Made by a program: the position numbers and the translations under genes
The notes under the pieces: generated by a model
Told to the model about the DNA's origin: nothing
Database searches by the model: none
What the model saw: the letters and a program-made list of their open reading frames with translations, nothing else
In this document: positions 1 through 8,966 of the stretch, one piece after another
How the letters are laid out: every line of letters starts with the position of its first letter
Numbering within the stretch: the first letter of the stretch is position 1
Origin: Vibrio alginolyticus NBRC 15630 = ATCC 17749
GTDB taxonomy: Bacteria; Pseudomonadota; Gammaproteobacteria; Enterobacterales; Vibrionaceae
Reading direction: 5' to 3'
Assembly: GCF_000354175.2 (NCBI RefSeq)
Contig: NC_022349.1
Span: 270,001-302,000, forward strand
DNA length: 32,000 nucleotides

Positions 1-1139
1 CATTCTTTTTCCAACGCCGCTTGCCAACTTGGATGTGGCTCAGCGATGGATTTGAATTGTTGAGTGTTTTTGGCCGAACCAGTTAGGTATTGGTTGCTTA
101 GTACCGAAGGGTCGCCCCAGATGTTTAGGTTACCTTTGCGAGACTGTGCTTCAGGGCTCAATAAAAAGTTTATCGCAACTTGTGCACCAGCACTGGCATT
201 TGCGTTCCAAGGAATCGCTAAAAAGTGGATATTTGAGAGTGCTCCTGCGTCCATTGCGTACGCTTTGGTGCTCTCTGCAAGATTACCGCTCGACTGCGCA
301 GAGAAAACCGCGTTCGGGTTAAAGGTAATCGCCAGGTCAGTCTGACCATCATCTAGTAGCTGAAGGGTTTCTGCTGTACCGCCTGGAAACTGCTTACCAC
401 CGCGCCAAGCGACTTTATGGAACTCATCTAGATAAGACCACAGCGGTTGAGTGACTTGTTCAAACGTGTCATCGGTAATTGGTTGTTGCAGCTCAGGGGC
501 GTTGTTAGACAGTTCAATGAGTAATGCTTTGATAAAGCTTGTGCCATGAAACTCTGGTGGTCGAGGGTAAGTCAGGCGATTCGGGAACGCTTTTGCATAG
601 CTCAGCATTTCTGAGAATGATTTTGGAGGGTTATGGAGGGTTTGCTCGTCATGGATAAACACTAATTGTCCTACTCCCCAAGGTGCTTCTAGACCTTCTG
701 TTGGCTCGGAGAAGTCCACATCAATTGGTAGAGATTTATCCACATATTGCCAGCTTGGCAAACCTTCGACAAAAGGACCAAATAGCAATTGGTTATCCTT
801 CATTGATTTGAAGTTTTCGCCATTGATCCAAACCATATCAACACTACCACCGCTGTTTTTGCCTGCCGCTTTTTCTGCGATAAGTCGAGTAGTGGTCTCA
901 GAAATATCAGTTACTTTAACGTGGTTTAGCGTCACGTTATAACGTGATTTTAGCTCTCTACTCGCCCACTGTATGTAGCGATTAATTTCTTGGCTCCCGC
1001 CCCAAGCATGAAAGTAGACGGATTGCCCGTCGGCTTGCTGTTCGATTTTTTGCCATTCGCTATTCACTGATGAATCGGCAAAAGAAGGTGTCGCAAAAGT
1101 CGTGGCTAAAATGCCAATGCTGCTGAGTAGCTTTTTCAT
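1..1139 (-). CDS. ABC-transporter periplasmic substrate-binding protein, YnjB-like (3' end runs off the window)
   Basis: Absent from the ORF track because there is no stop in the window. Reverse-strand ATG at 1139-1137. My own translation is MKKLLSSIGILATTFATPSFADSSVNSEWQKIEQQADGQSVYFHAWGGSQEINRYIQWASRELK..., which stays open to position 1. It has an N-terminal signal peptide and resembles the YnjB/ThiB-like binding-protein family from memory. Confidence 0.75.
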   Translation of the reverse strand, partial: MKKLLSSIGILATTFATPSFADSSVNSEWQKIEQQADGQSVYFHAWGGSQEINRYIQWASRELKSRYNVTLNHVKVTDISETTTRLIAEKAAGKNSGGSVDMVWINGENFKSMKDNQLLFGPFVEGLPSWQYVDKSLPIDVDFSEPTEGLEAPWGVGQLVFIHDEQTLHNPPKSFSEMLSYAKAFPNRLTYPRPPEFHGTSFIKALLIELSNNAPELQQPITDDTFEQVTQPLWSYLDEFHKVAWRGGKQFPGGTAETLQLLDDGQTDLAITFNPNAVFSAQSSGNLAESTKAYAMDAGALSNIHFLAIPWNANASAGAQVAINFLLSPEAQSRKGNLNIWGDPSVLSNQYLTGSAKNTQQFKSIAEPHPSWQAALEKE

Positions 1140-1517
1140 ATCTATTCCGTGTTATGTCTTTTGGTTCTTGCTTTCGTTTCTATTGACGTTTTCGCAAGTC
1201 GTTCCGCTCTGTTACAAGGATAGTAATTCATCTCTCTCTATTATCAATGCCAATCCCAAACGGAATCACTCATTGATTCAAAGAATTACTCTCAATGTGA
1301 AGCAAAACGAATAAAGGACAAATTTGGTGTCATTTTAGGAGCGGACCGTTTGTTTAAGGATATTCTTTCAAGTAATTGAAAATTATTGTCCCCAGAGATA
1401 TGAATAGGTTGTTTTACAGAGCAAAATTGATGTCTAAAGCATGGAATTGAGGGCGAAAAGAGAAAGAAAGTTGGCCATTTAAATGACTTTAGCATGCATG
1501 ACTAACGATTCATCGAT

Positions 1518-1545
1518 ATAAAAAAAGCAGCCGTTTGGCTGCTTT
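1518..1545 (-). terminator. Rho-independent terminator downstream of hslJ
   Basis: Stem 1524-1532 (AAAGCAGCC) pairs with 1537-1545, with a 4-nt loop. On the minus strand the hairpin is followed by a T-run (complement of the A-run 1520-1526). It lies 30 nt past the hslJ stop. Confidence 0.8.
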
Positions 1546-1574
1546 AAGATACTATCTGGTTTACTTAGTTGGGA

Positions 1575-2021
1575 TTAGTTTACCCAGTCACGTAGTGTAA
1601 ACGTCAATTCGTGATCGGCACTTTTCAGAACAAGACCATCTTTAGTTAGCGTGATATCGCTCCAGTTAGATAGTGTTTGTGTCATTGCGTTTTCGATCTT
1701 CATTTGATCTTCCATACACATCTTCATGGTCATGCCCATTTTTTCGATGCGTAGTTGGTTGTTTTTCAGCTCGGCTTGACCGAAGAAGTTGTTACAACCT
1801 GCGTTGCCGTTTGCGGTTAGATTTTCACCGATTTCTAGGCGAGCCGCTTTTTGGTGTTCGTCTAGAACGATATTTTTGCCATCAACTTGAACAAGTTCCC
1901 AGTTGTGGTGCTGCAAATCTTGAGCCGTTATTTCTTTCACATCATCACCGTTGCTAGCACAAGCAGTCATAAGAACAGGGAGAGAGATTGCTGTAACTAA
2001 CGTTTTTAGGCTAAGCTTCAT
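1575..2021 (-). CDS. hslJ: META-domain lipoprotein (heat-shock protein HslJ family)
   Basis: 148 aa ORF. Lipobox LMTAC after a hydrophobic leader. The GCNNFFG...MTMKMC pattern is typical of META/HslJ domains. GGAG sits 8 nt upstream of the ATG. Confidence 0.8.
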   Translation of the reverse strand: MKLSLKTLVTAISLPVLMTACASNGDDVKEITAQDLQHHNWELVQVDGKNIVLDEHQKAARLEIGENLTANGNAGCNNFFGQAELKNNQLRIEKMGMTMKMCMEDQMKIENAMTQTLSNWSDITLTKDGLVLKSADHELTFTLRDWVN

Positions 2022-2205
2022 TTTATAGACTCCGTTTTTATAAACGCGGTAAGTATAAGTAATAAAACACTGTTTTTGTCAGCATAAGGTTATGGTTTCG
2101 TATGTTTTTGACATAACGAAGTATATAGCAAGTTTTGTTGCTGACTAATCTTCTCATTATTTAAACTAGGCCAATACGCCCTAATATGGAAAGAGCGGTT
2201 TTAGT

Positions 2206-2454
2206 ATGGAGCAACTGGAGTTTTTTACTGTCCCAAGCCCTTGTGTTGGAGTATGTACCTCCGATGAAAAAGGGTATTGCAAGGGGTGTATGAGAAAGAG
2301 AGAGGAAAGGTTTAATTGGCTTAACTTAACCCCCGCTCAGCAGTTGCACGTTATTAAGTTGTGTCGTCAAAGGTACAGAAGAAAGATGTTGGCAGGGAAG
2401 ACGAAGCCAGAACAGCTTCAAGATGAGTCATCGCCTCAACAAGACTTATTCTAG
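2206..2454 (+). CDS. DUF1289 (YdhL-like) cysteine-cluster small protein
   Basis: 82 aa. N-terminal SPCVGVCTSDEKGYCKGC motif (C-x3-C-x8-C-x2-C) characteristic of DUF1289. Basic C-terminal tail. Confidence 0.75.
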   Translation: MEQLEFFTVPSPCVGVCTSDEKGYCKGCMRKREERFNWLNLTPAQQLHVIKLCRQRYRRKMLAGKTKPEQLQDESSPQQDLF

Positions 2455-2513
2455 AACTCTTGTTCAGTCTGTGGGTTACGCCTTCGCTTTCGGTTCTGAT
2501 TAGGCTTTTACAT

Positions 2514-2552
2514 ATTCCCGGTCCGGCAAGGTGTCCTTTAAGAACCGGGAAT
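2514..2552. repeat. Long imperfect hairpin between convergent genes (possible terminator or RNA element)
   Basis: ATTCCCGGT (2514-2522) pairs with ACCGGGAAT (2544-2552). The loop contains an inner AAGG-TGT-CCTT mini-stem. No clean U-tract on either strand. Confidence 0.35.
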
Positions 2553-2588
2553 CTCCTATCCATTTTCCCTATAAAGCGGTAATTGGCG

Positions 2589-2810
2589 TTATTTCATCGA
2601 CCAACGGTCGCTAACCCAGCCTCCCGCTTGTTCGTCGAAGTGATTTCCTGAAAATCGATGATTGAATTCAACATCTAATTTACTTGTTGGGCGTTCATCC
2701 ATGAGTTGATGAATGTATCTCGCCATAGGATCCGTACAAGCTTCACGCTCTCTACGGGTAACTACTTCTTTGATCATTTGGAGTCTGTAGCTATTGCTGG
2801 CTCGTTTCAT
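2589..2810 (-). CDS. Small hypothetical protein (73 aa)
   Basis: The ORF track gives 2589..2954 (121 aa). The internal ATG at 2810 is preceded by GGAGG with a 6-nt spacer (minus strand GGAGGTCAAAAATG), so I prefer MKRASNSYRLQMIKEVV...DRWSMK. I do not recognise the family. Confidence 0.5.
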   Translation of the reverse strand: MKRASNSYRLQMIKEVVTRREREACTDPMARYIHQLMDERPTSKLDVEFNHRFSGNHFDEQAGGWVSDRWSMK

Positions 2811-3132
2811 TTTTGACCTCCAGAACTCGATGGCAGCAGTTTGAACACATTGACGTCCAGATCGCTGCTCATTAGTGTGCGCGTGGAGGCACATCACCAT
2901 CGTTTGAAGTCCAAAGACAAATTGTTTGAGAGCAGTGTTTGTAACGCCATTCACATCTTTCTCAGAATCATTGACTGTGCGATTGAAAATGTTTCGCGAA
3001 ATTTAGCCGATGAACCTGCATATTTAAAAGACCTTATCAAACATAGAAGCCCAACACAGGGGCGTCAATAACACAAATGAACAATTTTTGAACATATTGT
3101 GAAGGTGGAGAGTTTTCAGTAATTTATCGAAA

Positions 3133-3164
3133 ATAAAAAACCGAAGCACAAAGCTTCGGTTTTA
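3133..3164 (-). terminator. Rho-independent terminator downstream of nutA
   Basis: Stem 3137-3147 pairs with 3153-3163 (core CCGAAGC/GCTTCGG), with a 5-nt loop. The minus strand reads GCTTCGGTTTTTTATTTT. Confidence 0.8.
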
Positions 3165-3225
3165 AGGAAAGCCCTGACGAAATTGCTTGTAAAAGCTCTT
3201 AGCGCCAGGGGTAAGGTGTTGAGTA

Positions 3226-4914
3226 TTAGCTACCAGTTGCAGGACAACCTTTTACTGGTTGGCCATTACTGAAGTACTTGACGTTCTCTAAGTTCTTGTT
3301 GTAGTTATCCGCAGAGATTTGTGGGTTGTTTACGAAGAACTCGCGCAAAACGTATGCATCGGTTAGCTGTGTAGATTGAACATCGATGATTGGATAGTTA
3401 TCGCCACCAGCAGCACTGAAGCTGATTACAGAGAATGTGTACGTTTCGTTTAGATCGAAGCCTTTATTGTTAATATCGGTAATGGTTACTGAGCCAGCAT
3501 CACAGTTTACATCTAAAGTGATGTTATCTAGTTGAGCGTAAGCACCAGACCCTGCAGATTTCGTCGCAACCACGTCTAGGTATTCTTTAACTTCTTTACC
3601 TGTCATAGTTGCTTTAGTCACGAAGTTACCAAATGGCTGAACCGTTAGTACGTCACGGTAAGTGATATCACCATCTTGGATTGAATCACGCACGCCGCCA
3701 GAGTTCATCACACCAAAGTCAGCATTTACCGTTTTGTAAGTACGGTATGCCTCGCCGAGTAGGTGACCTAGGTTAGTTTGTTGAGAGCGAACTACGTTAC
3801 GATCACCTTCTAACTTACCCGTCGTATTAGAAATCTTCTCATCTAATAACTCTTGACCTTGTTGTTGGTATGGCAGTAGTAACGCTTTTACTGTTGCATC
3901 TTGTTGAATTCGTTCACCGATAACTTCATCGTTTTCGTCTAGAAGGTTTACAGGAATCAGTGCGTAGTTCGCTAAGTGAAGCTTGCCGTCGTAGTATTCG
4001 AAGTCTGCACGACCCACATATTTACCCCACTCATGCGCTTGCATAATCCAAGTGCCTTTTTGTTGGTCTGGGGCACAATCATCCCCAGGTTTGAAATCAG
4101 CATACTCATTGGTACCTGGTTCCATACATACAGGGTTTTGCGAGTGACCACCGATGATAGCGTTTAGCTGTCCTTCTTCAAGAGAGCGAGCGAGTTTAAC
4201 GTCACCTGGTGCTTCACTACCGTTTTTGCCGTCTTCGTAGTGACCCATGTGCGTCGTTGCAAATACTAGGTCTACCTTTTCGTTCTCTTCGATTTCCTTC
4301 AGTACCTTTTTGATTTCTACTTGAGGGTCTTCGAAGTGGATGTTTGATACGTTGTCTGGATTGACTAGCTTCGCAGTGTCTTGCGTTGTTAGACCAATAA
4401 CAGCGATCTTAAGGCCGTTGATAGTAAATACTTTGTAAGGGTCGAAGTAACGCTCGTTTGTATCTTTTTTATAGATATTCGCAGCCAGCATAGGGAAGTC
4501 AGCTAGCTCGGCTTGCATATCGAGAATATCTAGTGAGTTATCAAATTCGTGGTTACCGACAGCCATTGCATCGTAACCAAGTAGGTTCATCCCTACGAAG
4601 TCTGGAACCGCATCTTGCATGTCTGATTCTGGTACACCGGTATTAATATCACCGCCAGATAGCAGAATGGTTTCACCGCCTTTTGCTTCGACTTCTGCGC
4701 GGATAGATTCGATTAAAGTGTGACGCGCAGCCATGCCGTATTCGCCGTCGCTGTTATGCCAAAAGCGACCATGGTTATCGTTAGTGTGGAGAACGGTGAA
4801 CTTTGTACAAGAATCTGCAGTCTCGCAGGTTACTGGAGAATTGTCGCTGTCTGAGCCGCATCCTGCTAGCGCAGCGCCCACTGCCACTACCAAAAGAGAT
4901 TTGGAAAACTTCAT
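3226..4914 (-). CDS. nutA: Lipoprotein 5'-nucleotidase (UshA/NutA family metallophosphoesterase)
   Basis: 562 aa. Lipobox LAGC. Metallophosphatase motifs HTNDNHG, GGDINTG and GNHEFD, plus a C-terminal 5'-nucleotidase domain. Size and lipoprotein nature match Vibrio NutA. AAGGA RBS. Confidence 0.9.
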   Translation of the reverse strand: MKFSKSLLVVAVGAALAGCGSDSDNSPVTCETADSCTKFTVLHTNDNHGRFWHNSDGEYGMAARHTLIESIRAEVEAKGGETILLSGGDINTGVPESDMQDAVPDFVGMNLLGYDAMAVGNHEFDNSLDILDMQAELADFPMLAANIYKKDTNERYFDPYKVFTINGLKIAVIGLTTQDTAKLVNPDNVSNIHFEDPQVEIKKVLKEIEENEKVDLVFATTHMGHYEDGKNGSEAPGDVKLARSLEEGQLNAIIGGHSQNPVCMEPGTNEYADFKPGDDCAPDQQKGTWIMQAHEWGKYVGRADFEYYDGKLHLANYALIPVNLLDENDEVIGERIQQDATVKALLLPYQQQGQELLDEKISNTTGKLEGDRNVVRSQQTNLGHLLGEAYRTYKTVNADFGVMNSGGVRDSIQDGDITYRDVLTVQPFGNFVTKATMTGKEVKEYLDVVATKSAGSGAYAQLDNITLDVNCDAGSVTITDINNKGFDLNETYTFSVISFSAAGGDNYPIIDVQSTQLTDAYVLREFFVNNPQISADNYNKNLENVKYFSNGQPVKGCPATGS

Positions 4915-5442
4915 AAGGGATCCTTTCTTTGTGATTTTGTTATTGTTACGGCGTGAAATATACGGAATTAATGTGAAACTTTAGTGATCTATCTCTTATT
5001 TATACTTCTATCGGAGAAATGAATTAATAAGCCTGCAAACTACGTCTATAAATAAACAGAATTGGTATTTAGTATTTATTTTATATAGCTAGCTCTATTT
5101 TTTGTGAGGTAGTTAATTGAATGTGTGTTGTTTGTGTGAATCAATGCGCATTTTTGCGAAGTATTACGCTGATTTTGGTGATTATTTTGCCAAGTTTATG
5201 TTTTTCCTAATAGGTATGACACAAATCGTTATAAATTTTCGCTCTGATGATGAGGGGTGGCGGTTTGTATGCATAATGAACAGCACAGAGCTTAAACTCA
5301 TTTGATCATGGCTTTATTCTGCCAAACTCTATCAAAAATTGTATTTATCTCTTTACTATAATTGCGATCGTTTAGAAACCTTATGCTTTAGGCATCGTTT
5401 ATTTATCCTCATCGATACCTTATCGTGCTTATTCCGCATTTG

Positions 5443-5454
5443 ACACTCGAGTGT
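5443..5454. repeat. Perfect 12-bp palindrome ACACTCGAGTGT in an AT-rich intergenic region
   Basis: Read directly from the sequence. It lies about 200 bp upstream of the GNAT gene. Function unknown. Confidence 0.3.
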
Positions 5455-5659
5455 TTAAACAAATAGATTCAACCTAATGAGTCAAAATGAAAAGTAAATA
5501 ATGGATCGTTCTTCTTCGAATATTATGATGTGAACTATCATTTAATTAATGAAAATGAAATGGATTAATGTAAAGCGTTGCGACTGTAGCTGTTATCTTT
5601 GAGCTTTGGTTTAAAGGGTAGGGTTAAAAGAATTTGTAAGTGGTGAACGCTAATAAAGG

Positions 5660-6181
5660 ATGCTTATGAGATACACAGTAAGGGACGCACTCAAAAAGGA
5701 AGCAGCCCAAATCGCCAAGATACACGTTGACTCTTGGCAGGTGGCGTATAAAGGATTAATGCCAAAGAGCTACATAGAGCAGTTTACGATTGAGCGTCGA
5801 GAAAGGATGTGGGCACGAGTGATGACGGAGCAACTGGCCCAATTGATCGTAGTTGAGAGGCAAGGAGAAATTGTTGGCTTTTTAAGTTACGAGTTACCTA
5901 ACCACACCAGCGAAGATAAAACGGCATTAGTGACATGTTGCTACGTTACGCCGCTACATTATGGGCAAGGAGCAGGAAGTGCACTGTTAGATGAGTTAGA
6001 GACACGTTTGCTCTCTACGTCAGTTATGCAGATCAGTTTGAAAGCACTGGATACTAATCAACAGGGGCTTAACTTTTACAAGAAGTGTGGTTTTGTGCGT
6101 ACTGGAGAGGAAGAGTCGGAAGTGATTGAGAGTATGACGCTGACCGATCTCACTTTAGTGAAGTATATTGCCCGTTCATAA
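5660..6181 (+). CDS. GNAT-family N-acetyltransferase
   Basis: 173 aa. The acetyl-CoA binding region reads TPLHYGQGAGSALLDELE (Q/RxxGxG/A type), with a C-terminal NxxxxxFYKKCGF motif. The true start may be the ATG at 5666, which is preceded by AAGGA. Confidence 0.85.
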   Translation: MLMRYTVRDALKKEAAQIAKIHVDSWQVAYKGLMPKSYIEQFTIERRERMWARVMTEQLAQLIVVERQGEIVGFLSYELPNHTSEDKTALVTCCYVTPLHYGQGAGSALLDELETRLLSTSVMQISLKALDTNQQGLNFYKKCGFVRTGEEESEVIESMTLTDLTLVKYIARS

Positions 6182-6207
6182 ATCAAATGCTATATGCCAA
6201 ACATAGT

Positions 6208-6240
6208 AAAACCCCGGAGGTGGTAAGACTCCGGGGTTTT
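6208..6240. terminator. Bidirectional terminator between convergent GNAT and rplY
   Basis: 12-bp stem AAAACCCCGGAG / CTCCGGGGTTTT with a 9-nt loop. A/T runs flank both sides. Confidence 0.85.
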
Positions 6241-6328
6241 GAAATTTTGTAGATGTCTCGGTTGGTAAATCCGATTATCTTTTATGCAAAAGGTTTGGAT
6301 TTAATCCGATTAATTCCTTGGTAGGGAA

Positions 6329-6607
6329 TTAGATACGGATGAAGTCCATGTGTTCAACTTTTGGCTTGAACGCGTGACGTTGAACGTCTTGTGGCTTAAC
6401 TTTAACTTCTTTGCCATCGATAACTAGAACGATGCCTTCGTAGAATTCAGGCTTGTCCATTTGGTTTACGATGTCGTCGTGGTTAAGAACGATAGCTACT
6501 GCTGCTTCTTCACCGCCGTATACAACTGCAGGGAATTTGCCAGCGTGACGTAGGCGGCGGCTCGCACCTTTACCTAGTTCAGTACGTACTACTGCTTCGA
6601 ATTTCAT
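6329..6607 (-). CDS. rplY: 50S ribosomal protein L25
   Basis: The track ORF (6329..6763) is over-extended. The ATG at 6607 gives a 92 aa protein, [32 protein letters not shown]...HMDFIRI, which is the short gammaproteobacterial L25. Confidence 0.95.
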   Translation of the reverse strand: MKFEAVVRTELGKGASRRLRHAGKFPAVVYGGEEAAVAIVLNHDDIVNQMDKPEFYEGIVLVIDGKEVKVKPQDVQRHAFKPKVEHMDFIRI

Positions 6608-6891
6608 AGTATTTACTCTCAAATTAGTAAAAATCAAATGTTCACAATCAACAATGCGACCTTGTTGTTCGTGGTAAAGCTTGAAACAGGAACTGTTCAA
6701 GCGAGCGCGGATACTATCATTCCACTTATAAATGGGCAACCCAAATCGTATCCAAATCAACAAAAAGGTATGATTTAGCGGGGTGGAAGGCTATCCCTTT
6801 TAACGCTTTGCTTGGATTTTGTTCACATCGACTTCATTTTCATCGGTTTACTGATCATGGTCCGAAAAACAAAGTTTATGTGTTATATGCT

Positions 6892-8241
6892 TTATGTTCG
6901 GCTGAGATGTAAGACTAAAGATGCTTTTAATCCACCTAAAGCGCTTGTATCCAATGTTAATTGACCTCGGTAACTGTGTGCCATTTCACTGACTATGTTT
7001 AGACCAAGACCTGAGCCAGGGGTTGTTTCATCCAATCTAACTCCTCTCTTGATTACTTGACTCAGTTTCTCTTTAGGGATGCCTGGCCCATCATCTTCAA
7101 TAATGATGTGTATATTTTCCTTATCCTGAGAGGAGTGCACACGAATCATGCTGTTGGCCCACTTATAGCCATTTTCTAGCAAGTTACCTAGCATTTCATC
7201 GAGATCGGTCTGCTCTACTGCTACATTCAGCTCTGAATCAAGTTCATTAATTAAGGTAATGCTTCGGCTCGCATACACTTTATCAAACGCCATTGAGATA
7301 GCATCCACACGATCTGCTGGGTTCGACTTCACTGATAATATGTTCATCGATCCGGCCATACGGGCACGACCCAAATGGTAATCGATATGGTCTTGTATTT
7401 GATTGATTGGAGCTCGGAGACGGGATTGTGCCTCAGGTTCTAACGTCTGAACTTCATTTTTTAGAACAGAAAGTGGCGTTTTAAGTGCATGAGATAGGTT
7501 ACCTGCATGATTGCGAGCTCTCTCTAGTAATTCTTGGTAATGGAACAGCAGAGCGTTGAGGTCGAAGATTAGAGGAGAAATCTCTTTTGGGTAGGTTTCT
7601 TCTAGACTCTTTTTATTACCAGACTTCAGCTCGGCTAATTCTTTTTGTAGCTTTGTAAGCGGACTCAATGACCAAGCAATTTGCAGTAAAATGACGGTAA
7701 GTACGCCCGCGAATAATAAACCCAAAATAAGCCAAAGTTGGCCGATTAACGTTTGAAGGGTATTTTTAATGGGCTCTTCGTCAATACCAATAATAATGTG
7801 AATAGGACCATCGTAATCAGGAAGATACAGCGCTTTTTCTAGCGTAATTAGTTTTTCGCCTCTTGCTCCATACGCATCTTTATCCAAACCTTTGTATTCG
7901 ATTTTTTTGTCCCACAACGAACGAGAACGTTCGAGGCTTGCCTCTGTAGAGGCGCTCCAATACAAACCACTGTAAGGTCGGTTAAATCGAGGGTCTGATA
8001 GCTGAGCTGCGAGTGAAAGATGCCCGGTGTTATCGACTTCTAACTGTGCGGCGACTTCATCCATAAAAATGCTGAGCTGTGAGCGAGTGTCATCAACCAT
8101 ATAGTTATAGACCTGCGTCGGTATCGTCACACCAGCGGCGAGGATCATTGCCGTTAACCAAACGATCGCCGCTAAAACGAGGCGACTTTTGATACTCAGT
8201 CGTTTTATTGCGTTCAACGGTAGCCTGTTTCTATTCGGCAT
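6892..8241 (-). CDS. Two-component sensor histidine kinase (PhoQ/CarS-like, periplasmic sensing)
   Basis: 449 aa. Two TM segments flank a periplasmic domain of about 140 aa. H-box HAGNLSHALKTPL. N box and G boxes (DDGPGIP, GSGLGL). The start overlaps the response-regulator stop by 11 nt. Confidence 0.9.
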   Translation of the reverse strand: MPNRNRLPLNAIKRLSIKSRLVLAAIVWLTAMILAAGVTIPTQVYNYMVDDTRSQLSIFMDEVAAQLEVDNTGHLSLAAQLSDPRFNRPYSGLYWSASTEASLERSRSLWDKKIEYKGLDKDAYGARGEKLITLEKALYLPDYDGPIHIIIGIDEEPIKNTLQTLIGQLWLILGLLFAGVLTVILLQIAWSLSPLTKLQKELAELKSGNKKSLEETYPKEISPLIFDLNALLFHYQELLERARNHAGNLSHALKTPLSVLKNEVQTLEPEAQSRLRAPINQIQDHIDYHLGRARMAGSMNILSVKSNPADRVDAISMAFDKVYASRSITLINELDSELNVAVEQTDLDEMLGNLLENGYKWANSMIRVHSSQDKENIHIIIEDDGPGIPKEKLSQVIKRGVRLDETTPGSGLGLNIVSEMAHSYRGQLTLDTSALGGLKASLVLHLSRT

Positions 8242-8890
8242 TTAATTGGTATCCCAACCCTCGGACAGTTTTGATGATCTTTGGTGCGATTTTTTTGCGA
8301 ATTCGGCCGATAAAAACTTCGATTGTGTTGGAGTCACGATCAAAGTCTTGTTTGTAAATGTGCTCGACGAGTTCGGTTCGAGAAATCACTTTTTCCGGGT
8401 TATGCATAAAGTAAGCGACCACTTTATACTCTAGCGCCGTCAAGCTTACCGCTTGCCCTTGCCACATGACTTTAGAAGTGCGTGTATCCAAGCTCAAGTC
8501 GCCAATTTGCATCACAGGAGAGGCATTACCAGAGGCTCTTCGTAGCTGTGCACGAATACGAGCGATAAGCTCAACCATTTCAAATGGTTTAGTTAGGTAA
8601 TCGTCTGCACCTGCGTTTAAGCCTTCAACTCGCTGCGTTAGGGTGTCGCGAGCGCTTAGAATCACGACAGGAGTATTAATGTTTTCATCTCGGATGCCTT
8701 TTAGGACGGTAAGACCATCCAGTTTTGGCAAGCCGAGGTCAAGAACAATGGCGTCCCATTCTTCCGAAGTCGCGCGATACAGAGCGTCTATGCCATCTTG
8801 GGACAGTTCTGGTACCCAGCCGGTACTTTCTAATGTTTCGATGATTTGCTCGCCTAAACGAGGATCATCTTCAACAACAAGTATTTTCAT
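8231..8890 (-). CDS. OmpR/PhoB-family response regulator
   Basis: 219 aa. Receiver domain (MKILVVEDD..., DLGLP, KP) followed by a winged-helix C-terminal domain ending ...VRGLGYQL. Confidence 0.9.
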   Translation of the reverse strand: MKILVVEDDPRLGEQIIETLESTGWVPELSQDGIDALYRATSEEWDAIVLDLGLPKLDGLTVLKGIRDENINTPVVILSARDTLTQRVEGLNAGADDYLTKPFEMVELIARIRAQLRRASGNASPVMQIGDLSLDTRTSKVMWQGQAVSLTALEYKVVAYFMHNPEKVISRTELVEHIYKQDFDRDSNTIEVFIGRIRKKIAPKIIKTVRGLGYQLNAE

Positions 8891-8966
8891 ATTGATGATT
8901 CTTATTATGTTTGGATTTTTATCGAAGTAAGCTACGCATCGCGTCTGGATTACGCATTAGACAAGT

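Noticed and set aside
1140-1574. A riboswitch (for example a TPP THI-box) or a small gene in the 435-bp region upstream of the YnjB-like gene. Tracked ORFs there are 1102..1314 and 1292..1495.
   Set aside because: I could not find the conserved THI-box core (CTGAGA ... ACCTGA) on the relevant strand. The two ORFs have no RBS and low-complexity translations.
5443-5549. Rare-cutter restriction sites clustered in the AT-rich spacer: CTCGAG (XhoI), GTTTAAAC (PmeI, 5453-5460) and TTAATTAA (PacI, 5542-5549). I considered these as a sign of an engineered cassette.
   Set aside because: AT-only 8-mers are expected by chance in DNA this AT-rich. No vector-like, marker or scar sequences flank them.
5380-6181. 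The GNAT gene as the toxin of a GNAT/RHH (TacT/KacT-type) toxin-antitoxin pair.
   Set aside because: There is no antitoxin ORF of about 90 aa immediately upstream or downstream. Only ORFs of 6-17 codons without an RBS are present, and the gene has its own terminator.
6608-6763. 5' extensions of tracked ORFs: rplY to 6763, the bcr partner to 13621, the SDR to 15879, the permease to 18097, tetR to 23757, grxA to 30548, ybjL to 30085, fabV to 27089, and PepSY to 9398.
   Set aside because: Internal starts with good Shine-Dalgarno spacing, or with known family N-termini, fit better. The extensions overlap upstream genes or promoters.
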